A DNA stretch of 64,000 nt from an uncultured Actinomycetota bacterium (GCA_963770565.1 CAVYQE010000011.1:544001-608000); one strand, 5' to 3'. Positions 19,841-30,003 are shown, counted from the first letter of the stretch. Numbers and translations are program-made. The notes: a model not told the origin generated them from the letters alone.

Positions 19841-20539
19841 TCAGTGGGGCTCGCTGACCGCCTCGGTCTCGAAGCGGTAGCCCATCCCCGTCTCGGTCAG
19901 CAGGTAGCGCGGGCGCGAGGGGTCGGGTTCGAGCTTGCGCCGCAGCTGCGCGACGTACACCCGCAGGTAGTTGACCTCGGTGGAGTACGCCGGGCCCCAG
20001 ACGTCGTGCAGCAGCTGGCGCTGCGTGACCAGCTTGCCGGGATTGCGGACCAGCACCTCGAGCAGCTGCCACTGCGTCGGCGTGAGTTTGATCTCGCCGT
20101 CCGAGCGGGTCCGCACTCGCTTGGCGGCGAGGTCGATGGTGAAGTCGTCAGTGGTGATCACCGGCGCGTCCTGGGCCGGCGCGGCCCGCCGGACCGCCGC
20201 GCGCAGTCGCGCGAGCAGCTCGTCCATCCCGAACGGCTTGGTGACGTAGTCGTCGGCACCGGCGTCGAGGGCGGCGACCTTGGTTACCTCGTTCTCGCGT
20301 GCCGACAAGACGATGATCGGTGCACTCGACCAGCCGCGAATGCCGCGAATCACCTCGGCTCCATCCATGTCGGGCAGGCCGAGGTCGACGATCACGACGT
20401 CCGGCCGCTCGCGGGCGACCGTGGCGAGCCCGCTGATCCCGTCACTTGCGGTCTTCACGTCGTACGAGCGGGCGGTGAGGTTGATCCGGAGGGCGCGGCA
20501 GATCGCGGCATCGTCGTCGATCACGACCACCTTGGTCAC
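19841..20539 (-). CDS. kdpE: KdpE-like OmpR family response regulator
   Basis: DLGLPDMDG.EVI..IRGWS, KVAALDAGADDYVTKPFG, YLRVYVAQLRRKLEPDPSRPRYLLTE. Confidence 0.9.
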   Translation of the reverse strand: MTKVVVIDDDAAICRALRINLTARSYDVKTASDGISGLATVARERPDVVIVDLGLPDMDGAEVIRGIRGWSSAPIIVLSARENEVTKVAALDAGADDYVTKPFGMDELLARLRAAVRRAAPAQDAPVITTDDFTIDLAAKRVRTRSDGEIKLTPTQWQLLEVLVRNPGKLVTQRQLLHDVWGPAYSTEVNYLRVYVAQLRRKLEPDPSRPRYLLTETGMGYRFETEAVSEPH

Positions 20540-22362
20540 GACTGTGACCGGGGCGCCTCGGCGTTGGCGACGGTGGCAGCGGCCGGCAGGGAAATCGTCA
20601 TGGTGAGCCCGCCGCCCGGCGTCTCGCTGGCCTCCAGCGTGCCGCCCATCACCTCGACGAACCCGCGTGCGACGGCGAGCCCGAGGCCGATGCCGGTCGC
20701 CGTGTCGTGGTCGCCGAGTCGCTGGAACGGCTCGAACATGGTCTGGCGCTGCGAGGCGATGACGCCCGGCCCGTGGTCGACGACCGTGATGAGGACACCA
20801 TCCGGTCCGGACCGGGCCCGCAGCATCGGCGGGCGCTGAGGCGGGGAGTAGCGCAGCGCGTTGCTGAGCAGGTTGGCCACCGCGCGCTCGAGCAGCCCGG
20901 CGTCCGCACGCAGCAGGGGCAGGCCCTCCGGGATGTCGAGTCGCACGGTGTTGGCGCCGTGCAGGCCGTGCAGGGCCAGCGGGGCAACCTCCTCAACCGC
21001 GACCGGCTGCACGAACGGCTGCAGCGCGCCGGTCTGCAGCCGGCTCATGTCGAGCAGGTTGGCGATCAGTACGTCGAGCCGGTCGGTGGAGTCCTCCACG
21101 GTGGCGAGCAGCTCGCGCTCGTCGTCGTCCGAGTAGGCGACGTCGGGCTGGCGCAGGCTGCTGATGCTGGCCTTGATCGATGCGAGCGGCGTCCGTAGGT
21201 CGTGGCTGACCGCCGCGAGCAATGCAGTCCGCATCCGGTTGCCGGCCTCGAGCGCCTCGGTCTGAGACGCCTGCGTCCGCAGTCGATCGCGGTCGAGTGC
21301 GGCGGCCGCGAGGCGGGCGGCGGCTTCGAGCAGCGCGGGCGCAACCTCGCCGATGTTGTCGCCGACGATCAGGCGCAGATCGCTTCGGACCACGAACGTG
21401 CGAGCGGTCTCGGCATTGACGTCGCCGGTATCGGCGATCCGCACCCACCGGTCGCCGACCCGTTCCTGCAGCTCGGCGGTCACACCGAGGTGGTCGTGCA
21501 GGTGCTGGAGGACCGAGGTTGGGGTGTCGTTGGCGCCGAGCACGGTGCGGGCGAGCCCGAGCAGCGCCTGGGCTTCTCCGGCGCTCTGGCTGGCCAGCGT
21601 GGCCCGCCGTGCGGCCACGTGGACGACGCTGGACACGCTCATCGCGACCAGGATGAACAGCAGCAGCGCGAGCAGGTTGCGCGGTTCCTCGATGGTCAGC
21701 GTGTGAACCGGGGGGGTGAAGAACCAGTTCAGGCAGAGGCTCGCGGCCGCGGCGGCGAGCACCGCCGGCCCGAACCCGCCGATGACCGCGACCGCGACGA
21801 CCGCGAGCAGGTAGATCAGCAGGTCGTCGGCAAGGTTGAGGTCGCTCTGGATCAGCGAGAGGAGGAGGGTGAGCAGGCTCAGCATGACGACCCCGACCGC
21901 GATACCCAGTCGGCGACGGCGCCCGTCAACCGCCGCGACGAAGTCCGTGATGGACGGTCGGCGCGGCTCGCTCACCACGTCGGTTGGCGGGACCACGTCC
22001 TCCAGTGTGATCCCAAATCCTCTCGACGTCGCGCCGGCACCCAGACCGATCGCCGCCGCGGTCACGAGCACGATCGCTCCGAGCGCAACCGGGCGGTGGT
22101 GAGCGGTGAGGACGGCGTACGGCGCGTTGGCGAATGCGATTGCCGTCATCCAGCCGATCCCCGTGACCGCCGCGGTCGCCGACAGGTTCGAAACCGCTCC
22201 GGTCGCGGCCACGATCACCGCGCAGCCGGCGAGGACACCGCTGCTCGGCAACCCGCCGTGCAGGCCGGCCGCGAGGGCGCCGAGGCACAACAGGGCCGAG
22301 GACGCGATCGGGAGCACGAGGTGGGCAGGAGCGCGCCTTAGCAGTGCCCGCTCGGTGTCCAT
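20536..22362 (-). CDS. KdpD-like sensor kinase lacking the N-terminal KdpD/Usp domains
   Basis: DUF4118-type TM block (LNWFFTPPVHTLTI); LLAAVSHDLRTPLASIKA; GIGLGLAVARGFVEVMGG; extra N-terminal TM block. Confidence 0.85.
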   Translation of the reverse strand: MDTERALLRRAPAHLVLPIASSALLCLGALAAGLHGGLPSSGVLAGCAVIVAATGAVSNLSATAAVTGIGWMTAIAFANAPYAVLTAHHRPVALGAIVLVTAAAIGLGAGATSRGFGITLEDVVPPTDVVSEPRRPSITDFVAAVDGRRRRLGIAVGVVMLSLLTLLLSLIQSDLNLADDLLIYLLAVVAVAVIGGFGPAVLAAAAASLCLNWFFTPPVHTLTIEEPRNLLALLLFILVAMSVSSVVHVAARRATLASQSAGEAQALLGLARTVLGANDTPTSVLQHLHDHLGVTAELQERVGDRWVRIADTGDVNAETARTFVVRSDLRLIVGDNIGEVAPALLEAAARLAAAALDRDRLRTQASQTEALEAGNRMRTALLAAVSHDLRTPLASIKASISSLRQPDVAYSDDDERELLATVEDSTDRLDVLIANLLDMSRLQTGALQPFVQPVAVEEVAPLALHGLHGANTVRLDIPEGLPLLRADAGLLERAVANLLSNALRYSPPQRPPMLRARSGPDGVLITVVDHGPGVIASQRQTMFEPFQRLGDHDTATGIGLGLAVARGFVEVMGGTLEASETPGGGLTMTISLPAAATVANAEAPRSQS

Positions 22363-22401
22363 GACATCGAGGACACGCCCCCAACGCGCGCAAAGCCAGG
22401 A

Positions 22402-22453
22402 TTTTCACACTTTCTTCACGCCTCTCCAGCGGGTCTTGACGCTGCCTTGACGC
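22402..22453 (+). promoter_or_regulatory. KdpE-like direct-repeat operator and promoter
   Basis: TTCACAC-tttc-TTCACGC and CTTGACGC-tgc-CTTGACGC, both with 11-bp period; TACCGT -10 at 22473. Confidence 0.6.
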
Positions 22454-22484
22454 GGGAAGGCCTCGTCCGCTCTACCGTCGAGGC

Positions 22485-24893
22485 GTGGATGACGCGGCTC
22501 GGCCGTTGCCGATCGACGTCGACTTGCCGGAACGCCTCAGCTACCGGATCAAGCGACGCCTGCTTGGCCTGCCGCTGGTGACCGACAAGCTCGCCGAACA
22601 ACGGTTGCCGAATCCGGTCGCCTTCGGGGTCTTGTCACCGGACTGCATCTCGTCCTCGGCGTACGGCACCGAGGAGATCCTGATCGAACTGTTGCCCTAC
22701 GCGGGCATGGCCGCCTTCGCACTAGTGCTTCCGATCACGGCGGTGATTCTCGGGATCCTGCTCCTGCTGCTGTTCAGCTACCGGCAAGTCTTGACGGTCT
22801 ACACCAAGGCCGGTGGGTCGTATGTGGTCGCGCGGGACAACTTCGGCCCGCGGGTCGCGCAGATTGCTGCGGTAGCGCTCCTCATCGACTACGTCGTCAC
22901 GGTCGCCATCCAGACCGCCGCCGGCTCGGCGGCTGTGGTGTCCGCGGTTCCATCGATTGGTCGGTTGTTCGGCCATCACGGCACTATCGTGCTGACCTTG
23001 GCGGTGGTTGCGCTGCTGTTCTACGGCAACCTGCGCGGGATCCGGGAAGCGGGTCGGGCCTTTGCCTTCCCGCTCTACTTCTTCATCATGATGGCCGGGT
23101 TGACCGTCCTCGTGTGCGTCGCCCGGGAGATCACCGGACACCTCACGATTATTGACCCGCACTCGCTGCATGGCGTTTACCAGATCCGGAAGCGCGGCGG
23201 GTTCATCGAGGGTGCCACCCTGATCGTGGTGTTGCGCTCGTTCGCCAACGGTGGATCATCGCTGACCGGGTTCGAAGCGATCAGCAACGGCGTAAGTGCC
23301 TTCCGGCCGCCGGAGGGCCCCAATGCTCGCAAGGTGCTCTTGGTGATGGCGTGCACCCTCGGCTTCCTCGTCGGCGGGGTGTCGTGGGTGGCGCACGTTA
23401 CGCATGCGACGCCGTACCTGAGTGGTACGCCCACGGTGATCAGCCAGGAAGCCCGCCTCGCGTTCGGCCACAGCGCGATCGGTTCCCTCCTGTTCTACTT
23501 GATGCAAACTGCAAGCGCCCTGATCCTCTACACCGGCGCGAACACCAGCTTCAACGGCTTCCCGTTCCTCGCGAACTTTGTCGCCGAGGATCGCTTCCTT
23601 CCCCGCCAACTCACCCGGCGTGGCCACCGGTTGGTGTTCAGCAACGCGATTGTCGTGCTGACCCTGATTTCAGGCCTCCTGTTGCTGATCACCGGGGCAA
23701 AGGTCAACAACTTAGTGCCGTTCTACGCAATCGGGGTGTTCACCGGATTCGCGATGGCGGGTTTCGGGATGGCAAAGCACTACTCGAGAACCCGCGACGG
23801 TCGCTGGCGGCGAAGTATCGCGATCAACATGGCCTCCGGGATCGTCTCGACCATTGTGGTCGGGATCTTCGCGATCGCGAAGTTCACCGAGGGCGCCTGG
23901 GTCGTGGTGATCGTCTTCCCGGTGATGGTATTCGTGCTGATCCGGCTCAACCGCGAGTATCGGGAGGAGGCCGAGGCGCTCGGCTCGATCACGCCCGAGG
24001 TGCTGTCGTGCCCACCCAACTTCTCCCGGCACGTCGTACTGATCTTCGTCAACGAGCTCGACCTCGCGGTGATCGGTGCGCTTCGTTATGGGCAGACGCT
24101 CAAAGCGACTGAGCTGCGGGCCGTGCACTTTGCATTGGACACGGCGGCCGCGACCGCGCTCGATCGGCAGTGGGAGCAGACCGCCCAGAGCGTCGTGCTC
24201 GAGATTGTCGATGTCCCCGACCGGCGGCTCGGGCGGGCCGCACTCGAGCTTGTGATGCGCGAGACGTCGGTGCCGGGCACGCACGTCACCGTCCTGCTGC
24301 CTCGCCGCGGCTTCTCACCGGCCTTCGGCCGGCTGCTCCACGACCGCACGGCCGACAAGATTGCAGCGGTGATCAGCCGGATCCCGAACGCGGCTGCCAC
24401 GATCGTGCCCTTCGACACCTCGAAGCCCGAGCAGGCGATGATGGCCGTCGGCGGCTTGGCCGTTGGCCGTCAGTCGAGGTCGGCCCGGGCAGCAGCTCGG
24501 GTATCGGGCCGGGGCTCGGTTCGGGCCAACGGCGCGGCGCACAATCGTAAGGGCGAGCCCGGGTCCGCGGCGCAACTCGACATCAACCGATTGCTCGGCA
24601 GCGACCTTTCGCCCGGCCCGGATGCGATCGGCAGCCTTGCTTCGCGCCAGCCCGCGACCATTCACGGGCGGATCCGAAGCGTGCGGATGCGGTCGGTCGC
24701 GGACACGCCGATGCTGGTGTGTGAGGTGGTCGACTCGACCGGCGGTCTGGAGTTGTTGTTCTACGGCCGCCGCTCGATTGCCGGCATGGTCGCCGGCGCC
24801 ACCATCAAGGCCACCGGCCGGACGTTGAGCCATCACGGCACGCTGGCGATGGCCAACCCCCGCTACCAGCTCAACCCCGAGTCACGGCACTAG
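22485..24893 (+). CDS. APC family permease (KimA/YdaO-like) with C-terminal OB-fold
   Basis: LSPDCISSSAYGTEEI, GGSYVVARDNFG, LLIDYVVTVA, SSLTGFEAISNGV, ANTSFNGFP; C-terminal DSTGGLELLFYGRRSIAG...MANPRY. Confidence 0.9.
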   Translation: MDDAARPLPIDVDLPERLSYRIKRRLLGLPLVTDKLAEQRLPNPVAFGVLSPDCISSSAYGTEEILIELLPYAGMAAFALVLPITAVILGILLLLLFSYRQVLTVYTKAGGSYVVARDNFGPRVAQIAAVALLIDYVVTVAIQTAAGSAAVVSAVPSIGRLFGHHGTIVLTLAVVALLFYGNLRGIREAGRAFAFPLYFFIMMAGLTVLVCVAREITGHLTIIDPHSLHGVYQIRKRGGFIEGATLIVVLRSFANGGSSLTGFEAISNGVSAFRPPEGPNARKVLLVMACTLGFLVGGVSWVAHVTHATPYLSGTPTVISQEARLAFGHSAIGSLLFYLMQTASALILYTGANTSFNGFPFLANFVAEDRFLPRQLTRRGHRLVFSNAIVVLTLISGLLLLITGAKVNNLVPFYAIGVFTGFAMAGFGMAKHYSRTRDGRWRRSIAINMASGIVSTIVVGIFAIAKFTEGAWVVVIVFPVMVFVLIRLNREYREEAEALGSITPEVLSCPPNFSRHVVLIFVNELDLAVIGALRYGQTLKATELRAVHFALDTAAATALDRQWEQTAQSVVLEIVDVPDRRLGRAALELVMRETSVPGTHVTVLLPRRGFSPAFGRLLHDRTADKIAAVISRIPNAAATIVPFDTSKPEQAMMAVGGLAVGRQSRSARAAARVSGRGSVRANGAAHNRKGEPGSAAQLDINRLLGSDLSPGPDAIGSLASRQPATIHGRIRSVRMRSVADTPMLVCEVVDSTGGLELLFYGRRSIAGMVAGATIKATGRTLSHHGTLAMANPRYQLNPESRH

Positions 24894-25732
24894 CAAGCTT
24901 GGTAGACGTAACCTTTCGTTCCGCGCGGTACGACGTCACGGTCGCGCAGGATGACCGAGATCTGTGCTCCGCGTCTCGTGCACGCGGTCTGGTAGGCGGC
25001 CCGGCCGTTGTCGGTGTACTCGATCTCGTAGACCTCGTCGCCGTAGGTCTTCAGATAGAAGCTGCACTCGTCGTAGACCTGGCATTCCTCGGCGATCGCG
25101 AAGTCGAAGTGGACCGTGCGGCGCAGGTGGTTGCTCTGCTCGGCGTCGTTCTTCTGCGCCATCGCCAGGCCGTCCGTGTGGCCCTGGGCGACCAGCAGCT
25201 TGGCAAACGCGAAGTCATCCGCCTGGCTGAGCAGGCCGTGCGAGCGGGTGTTGGAGTCGAGGTTGTCCGACTCCACCGCGGCGAACCCCTTGCTCTTGCA
25301 GCCGTGCAACCAGCCGGTCTCGATCTTGAGCAGGGCGCGTCGGTCGGCACTCGTTGACGTGTTCAGGATGATCTCGCCCGGCCAGCCCGGGTCCTCGATC
25401 AGCGCACCCTTCGCATTGCGCAGCAACAGCTTCGGATGGTGCCGCTTCCACCACCCGTCGTTCTCAGGCTGGGTCTGGAAGGCGTTGATGTAGCAGATGT
25501 TGTAGACCCCCGACGCCGGCTTCGAGGTGCGGTCACGATCCACGATCCGCACCGACGGCAGCGGCTTGTACGACCCGCCGAGCTGGTAGTCGAACCGACC
25601 GTTGGCTGGCGGAAGGCGCACCTTGGGCGTGATCGCCGGTCGGGTCGCAGCCGAGCTGCCGACCGATGTTGAACCGACGATCGCGGCGATGACGGCACCG
25701 GCGACGATCATCGATCGCCACGGTGCACGCAT
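24890..25732 (-). CDS. Secreted glycoside hydrolase family 114 (endo-alpha-1,4-polygalactosaminidase-like)
   Basis: FDYQLGG, ICYINAFQTQ, KGFAAVESDNLD, AQKN, AIAEEC, EIEY; signal peptide. Confidence 0.88.
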   Translation of the reverse strand: MRAPWRSMIVAGAVIAAIVGSTSVGSSAATRPAITPKVRLPPANGRFDYQLGGSYKPLPSVRIVDRDRTSKPASGVYNICYINAFQTQPENDGWWKRHHPKLLLRNAKGALIEDPGWPGEIILNTSTSADRRALLKIETGWLHGCKSKGFAAVESDNLDSNTRSHGLLSQADDFAFAKLLVAQGHTDGLAMAQKNDAEQSNHLRRTVHFDFAIAEECQVYDECSFYLKTYGDEVYEIEYTDNGRAAYQTACTRRGAQISVILRDRDVVPRGTKGYVYQAC

Positions 25733-25734
25733 CG

Positions 25735-26349
25735 CTACTCTCCCAGTCGGATGATCTGGTCGCAGGTCTCGGCCACCGAGTCGTCGTGAGTCGAGAGTAC
25801 GACGATGCTGCCTGAGCGGGTGGCTTCGTGCAGCACATTCACGGCGTGCTCGCGGCTGTCGTGGTCGAGCTCGCTGGTCGGCTCGTCGGCGACGATCAGT
25901 GCCGGGCGCGGCGCGACCGCCCGGGCAACCGCAACCCGCTGGCGTTGCCCGCCGGACAACCGGGTCGACTCGCGGTCGGCGATCCCGACGAGTGACAGCT
26001 CGGCCATCAGCTCGGCGACTCGCTCGCGAATGTCTTCGGCCTCCCAGCCGATCGCCTGCAGCGGCAGGCTGATGTTCTCTGCCACGGTGAGGGTCGAGGC
26101 GAGCAGCACCGGCTCGGTGACGACGCCGATCTCGCCGCGGCCCACCCGGCGTACGTCGTTGCCGTCGAGGGCGATGACGCCGCCGGTCGGTGCGACCAGG
26201 CCGGCGATCGCCATCAGTACCGAGGTCTTGCCCGCACCGCTCGGCCCGACCACCGCCAAGCTGGCCCCAGGCGGCAGGTCGAGGTCGGTCGGCGGCAACA
26301 GGGTGCGCTCGCCGACCGCGACGTGCAGCGCACGACAGGTGAGGGTCAC
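25735..26349 (-). CDS. ABC transporter ATP-binding protein
   Basis: GPSGAGKT, LSGGQRQR, ADEPT. Confidence 0.93.
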   Translation of the reverse strand: MTLTCRALHVAVGERTLLPPTDLDLPPGASLAVVGPSGAGKTSVLMAIAGLVAPTGGVIALDGNDVRRVGRGEIGVVTEPVLLASTLTVAENISLPLQAIGWEAEDIRERVAELMAELSLVGIADRESTRLSGGQRQRVAVARAVAPRPALIVADEPTSELDHDSREHAVNVLHEATRSGSIVVLSTHDDSVAETCDQIIRLGE

Positions 26350-27182
26350 GGCCGCCTGCCCTCGTCGTCGTACGGCCTGAGCAGGATGCCTTCGCTGGTG
26401 ATCTCCACCCGGGCATAGTGGCCGGGGGGCAGCACCTCGAGCGCCTCGCCGGACAGCGCGATCGAGCCGTCCGCGCCGACGACCGCGAGCTGGGTGCCGT
26501 CACGTCCTTCGGCGCCGACCCGCCCGTCCCGCATCGACAGGGTTCGCTCGAAGGAGCCGGCGACGACCGGGTCGTGGGTGACCACCACCAGCGTGCTGCC
26601 GGTGCGCGCGACCGCGGCGTGCAGCGTCGTGATCACGACGTCGCGTTCGGCCGGATCGAGCCGGCTGGTCGGCTCGTCCACGAGCAGCAGCCCCGGTCGC
26701 CGCGCCATGACGACCGCAAGGGCGAGCCGCTGCAGCTGGCCGGCCGAGAGCTCGCGGGCCGGCCGGTCGGCCACCTCGTCGAGCGCGAAGTCCGACAGCG
26801 TGGTCGCCGGGTCGGGCGCGCCGGCATTCTCCAGGGCGAGTCGCGGGCTGGCGTAGGGGAGCAGCGCCCGGCTCGGCTCCTGCAGGAGGAGCGCTACGGT
26901 CTCGGCCCGCAGTCGCCGCCCGGCGAGCGGGTCGGCGGTGAGGTCGTGGTCGCCGACGACGAGCCGACCGGTCGACGGCCGTTGCAGCCCGGCCAGCAGG
27001 CTCATCAGGGTCGACTTGCCGCAGCCGGACGGTCCGAGCAGGGCGATCGACGTACCCGCCGGGATGGTCAGGTCGACGTCGCGGAGCGCGACGACCTGCT
27101 CGTCGCCGGTCTGGTAGAGGTGGGTGATCCGCTCGCAGACGACCGCGACACCGAGGGATGTGGTGAGCATCTCGGTGGTCAT
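26346..27182 (-). CDS. ABC transporter ATP-binding protein (LolD/MacB-like)
   Basis: GPSGCGKST, LSAGQLQR, VDEPT, VTHD; ATGA overlap with permease. Confidence 0.92.
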   Translation of the reverse strand: MTTEMLTTSLGVAVVCERITHLYQTGDEQVVALRDVDLTIPAGTSIALLGPSGCGKSTLMSLLAGLQRPSTGRLVVGDHDLTADPLAGRRLRAETVALLLQEPSRALLPYASPRLALENAGAPDPATTLSDFALDEVADRPARELSAGQLQRLALAVVMARRPGLLLVDEPTSRLDPAERDVVITTLHAAVARTGSTLVVVTHDPVVAGSFERTLSMRDGRVGAEGRDGTQLAVVGADGSIALSGEALEVLPPGHYARVEITSEGILLRPYDDEGRRP

Positions 27183-29881
27183 GGCAGGGCCGCCCGCAGG
27201 CTGGCCGCGTCGGTGCGTTTCGCGGTGTAGGAGCAGATCGCGATCTCGGCCACCAGCGCGGGGATCAGCGCGATGGTCACCGCGATGAAGGCCGGCGAGA
27301 TCGGTAGCGGCAGCAACGGCGACGGTACGGCGCCAGCCGCAGTCTGCGGAATGAGCCGAGCGGACAGGTGGGCAGTGGCGATTCCGCAGACGAGGGCGGC
27401 GACCGCGGCCGCTCCGAGTCGGGCGGACGCTGCGGCCGTGCGGCCGCGGACGATCGTGCTCCTGGACACCCCGGCCGAGGTGAGCGCGAGCGCCTCGGTG
27501 CGCTGCCGGCTCGCGGCGGCGACGCTGGTGCCGATCAGCAGCGCGATTGCGAGGATCGCCGCTATGACCGCGACCGCGAGGTATCCCGAGAGCCCGGCCG
27601 TCTCGGCGCTGCGCTCGAGGACTTGAGTCACCTGGTTGCGGGTGGTGATCCCGGTCACGATCAGGCCCTGGGCGCGCAGCCGGGCGAGCGCGTTCGCGGG
27701 CGCCTTCGCACCCAGCCACACCTGATTGGACAGCTGCGTGGTGCCGAGCCGGGCTTCGGGGATCGGCTTCGCGACCGCGATGATCGAGCTGAGGTCGGCC
27801 ATCGCACCCTGGTCGAGCAGTTCGGGCAGGACCGATGTCTGGCGCACCTGCATCCGCGCCAGCGGCTCGTTGTCGAGACCGAAGGTGGAGCCGTCGACCG
27901 GCCCCGCGGTCAGCAACGGCAGGGCGAGCCGGGCCACGCCGCTCGGCACATGGAGCAGGTGCTCCACTCCCTTCGGACCCAACCCGTCGATCCGCCGGTG
28001 CCAACCCGCGACCGCGGCCAGCCTGGTGGTGTCGATCGCGAGAGTGCGCTGCGCCTCGGATCCGAGCGGAGCGAGCAACTCGGCAGCCATCGCCCAGCGC
28101 CCGTTGGGATCGGCCGCGTCGACCGCGGCGATCAGCGACTTGCCGGGCGGCACTGCCACGGTGGCCACGGTCGGTGCCCCGACGATCAGGCCGGCCCGAT
28201 CGGTGCGGTCGCTGGCCGCGCCGCGGCTGACCGTCACCGCGAACGCGAGCAGGCTGAGTGCGAGCGCGACCATCGCGGTTACCCGCCAGGCCGCGCGGTC
28301 GCGCCGCAGCTCGCGGATCGCGAGGAATCGGGCGAGATCGCGCGACTCCGCGGTCGACCGAACCGCGGAACGCAGCAGCGCCGGGACCAGCCTGCCGAGC
28401 GCAAGGCCGGCGGCCAGACCGGTCAGCGAGGGGGCGAGCAGCGACCACGGCGTCGACGAGCTGCCCGAGTGGGTCGAGAACAGCTCGATCAGGCCCGCCG
28501 CAGCGAGCGTGATCGCGATGACGTCGATCCAAGCCCCACCGCGCCCGCCCGCGGATCGGGCGTCCTCGGCGAGTTGCTCGGCCAGTGGCCGCGATGCCAC
28601 GACGAATCCGACTACCACGGTCACCACTGCGGAGATCGCGGTCACGATGAGTGCCGCGGCGACCGAGCTGTCCGTGAGGTGCACCGGCGTACCGGGTCGC
28701 AGCCACAGGTGCGAGGCGATCACCGCCAGTGGCGCGCTGACAAGCAGGCCGGGTATGACGCCGACCAGGAGCAGAAGCACCGGCTCGGCCGCGATCGAGA
28801 AGGCGGTCGCTATCGGCTGCCGGCCTTGCAGGGTGGCGATCACGAGCTCGGGCCGGCGCCGGTCCATGCTCGCCGCCAGGATCGCGATCAGCACCAGTCC
28901 CACCAGCAGGAGCAGCTGGAGTTGGGCGAGCGTGACCAGGTGGTCGAGCTGGACCCGATCGGCCGCGTCGGCGTGCAGCAAGGCCGGGATCGAGGTGAAG
29001 ATCGAGATGTTCTCGGCCCGGTTGGCGTTCAGGCTCGCGATCGCGCTCTTGACCCCGGCCAGCTCCGCCGGGGTGGCATGGCTCCAGTCGAACGGTTGGT
29101 CCACCGTCACGTTCGCCCGGTACGGCGGTGGGAGGCCGACCAGCGTGGCACGCGGTACGAGTGCGGTCACCGTCGAGACCTGCGTGCCGTCACCGCTGAC
29201 GATCGGTGCGCTGATGTTCTTGCCGAACCAGTACGTCAGCTGGCTCGGCGGGACGGTGAAGAAGCCGACGATCCGTTCGTGCAGCTCGTAGCTCGAGGCG
29301 TCGAAGTGCGGATTCCCCGGGACGGTCTGGTCATTGATGTTGGTGACATCGCCGAACACCGGCCGGTCGAGACCCGACGCGACGATCGGGCCGCCGACCG
29401 TTGCGGACAGGACCTGCGCCGCGCTGACCGGTAGCGCGATCTCATGCGGTCCGGTTGGGCACCGCCCCGACGTGAACGTGACGTGTGCGCAGTCGTCCTG
29501 CCGCCACTCGAGCGCGGCGTACTCGACGAACTTGCCCGGCACCTGCAGCTGTGTGGTCGTGCCGCCGACCGACAAGCCGCGGATCACCGCACTCGACAGC
29601 GGCAGGCGCGGCACTCGCTTTTCGAGGATCTCGTCCGGTGAGTCTCCCGGCCAGGACGCGCCGGCCACCTCGACACCTGAGGCGTCCACCGACGCGCCGG
29701 TCATCCGCGCGCGCAGCGCCGAGATCGCTGCGGCAGAGCGGTAGGTCGGTGCGACCGCGGCGGCCGCGCAGGCAGCCATCGCTACCACGACGATGAGCAG
29801 GGCGATTCCGCGCCGGTAGAGCACGCCGCGAAGCAGGAGGCGAAGGACCGCGCCGATGCGGCGTCGACCCTGCATTGCCAT
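27179..29881 (-). CDS. FtsX/MacB-like ABC permease
   Basis: Two extracytoplasmic domains and two FtsX-like TM blocks (RRRPEL, RQRTEALAL). Confidence 0.85.
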   Translation of the reverse strand: MAMQGRRRIGAVLRLLLRGVLYRRGIALLIVVVAMAACAAAAVAPTYRSAAAISALRARMTGASVDASGVEVAGASWPGDSPDEILEKRVPRLPLSSAVIRGLSVGGTTTQLQVPGKFVEYAALEWRQDDCAHVTFTSGRCPTGPHEIALPVSAAQVLSATVGGPIVASGLDRPVFGDVTNINDQTVPGNPHFDASSYELHERIVGFFTVPPSQLTYWFGKNISAPIVSGDGTQVSTVTALVPRATLVGLPPPYRANVTVDQPFDWSHATPAELAGVKSAIASLNANRAENISIFTSIPALLHADAADRVQLDHLVTLAQLQLLLLVGLVLIAILAASMDRRRPELVIATLQGRQPIATAFSIAAEPVLLLLVGVIPGLLVSAPLAVIASHLWLRPGTPVHLTDSSVAAALIVTAISAVVTVVVGFVVASRPLAEQLAEDARSAGGRGGAWIDVIAITLAAAGLIELFSTHSGSSSTPWSLLAPSLTGLAAGLALGRLVPALLRSAVRSTAESRDLARFLAIRELRRDRAAWRVTAMVALALSLLAFAVTVSRGAASDRTDRAGLIVGAPTVATVAVPPGKSLIAAVDAADPNGRWAMAAELLAPLGSEAQRTLAIDTTRLAAVAGWHRRIDGLGPKGVEHLLHVPSGVARLALPLLTAGPVDGSTFGLDNEPLARMQVRQTSVLPELLDQGAMADLSSIIAVAKPIPEARLGTTQLSNQVWLGAKAPANALARLRAQGLIVTGITTRNQVTQVLERSAETAGLSGYLAVAVIAAILAIALLIGTSVAAASRQRTEALALTSAGVSRSTIVRGRTAAASARLGAAAVAALVCGIATAHLSARLIPQTAAGAVPSPLLPLPISPAFIAVTIALIPALVAEIAICSYTAKRTDAASLRAALP

Positions 29882-30003
29882 CCTCTCCTCGCCGTCAGGC
29901 GATCTTCAGCGACCCTCGCACGATTCACAAACCTTGGCACGCTAGCCCGCGGGCGCGCCCGGTCCGTGACGGGATTGTGATCGGCGCGTGCCGATGCCGA
30001 GCC

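Noticed and set aside
27368-29434. Long plus-strand ORFs (688 and 521 aa) and similar antisense ORFs such as 45242-46879 and 48770-50962
   Set aside because: Shadow ORFs of real genes in high-GC DNA; no recognisable motifs
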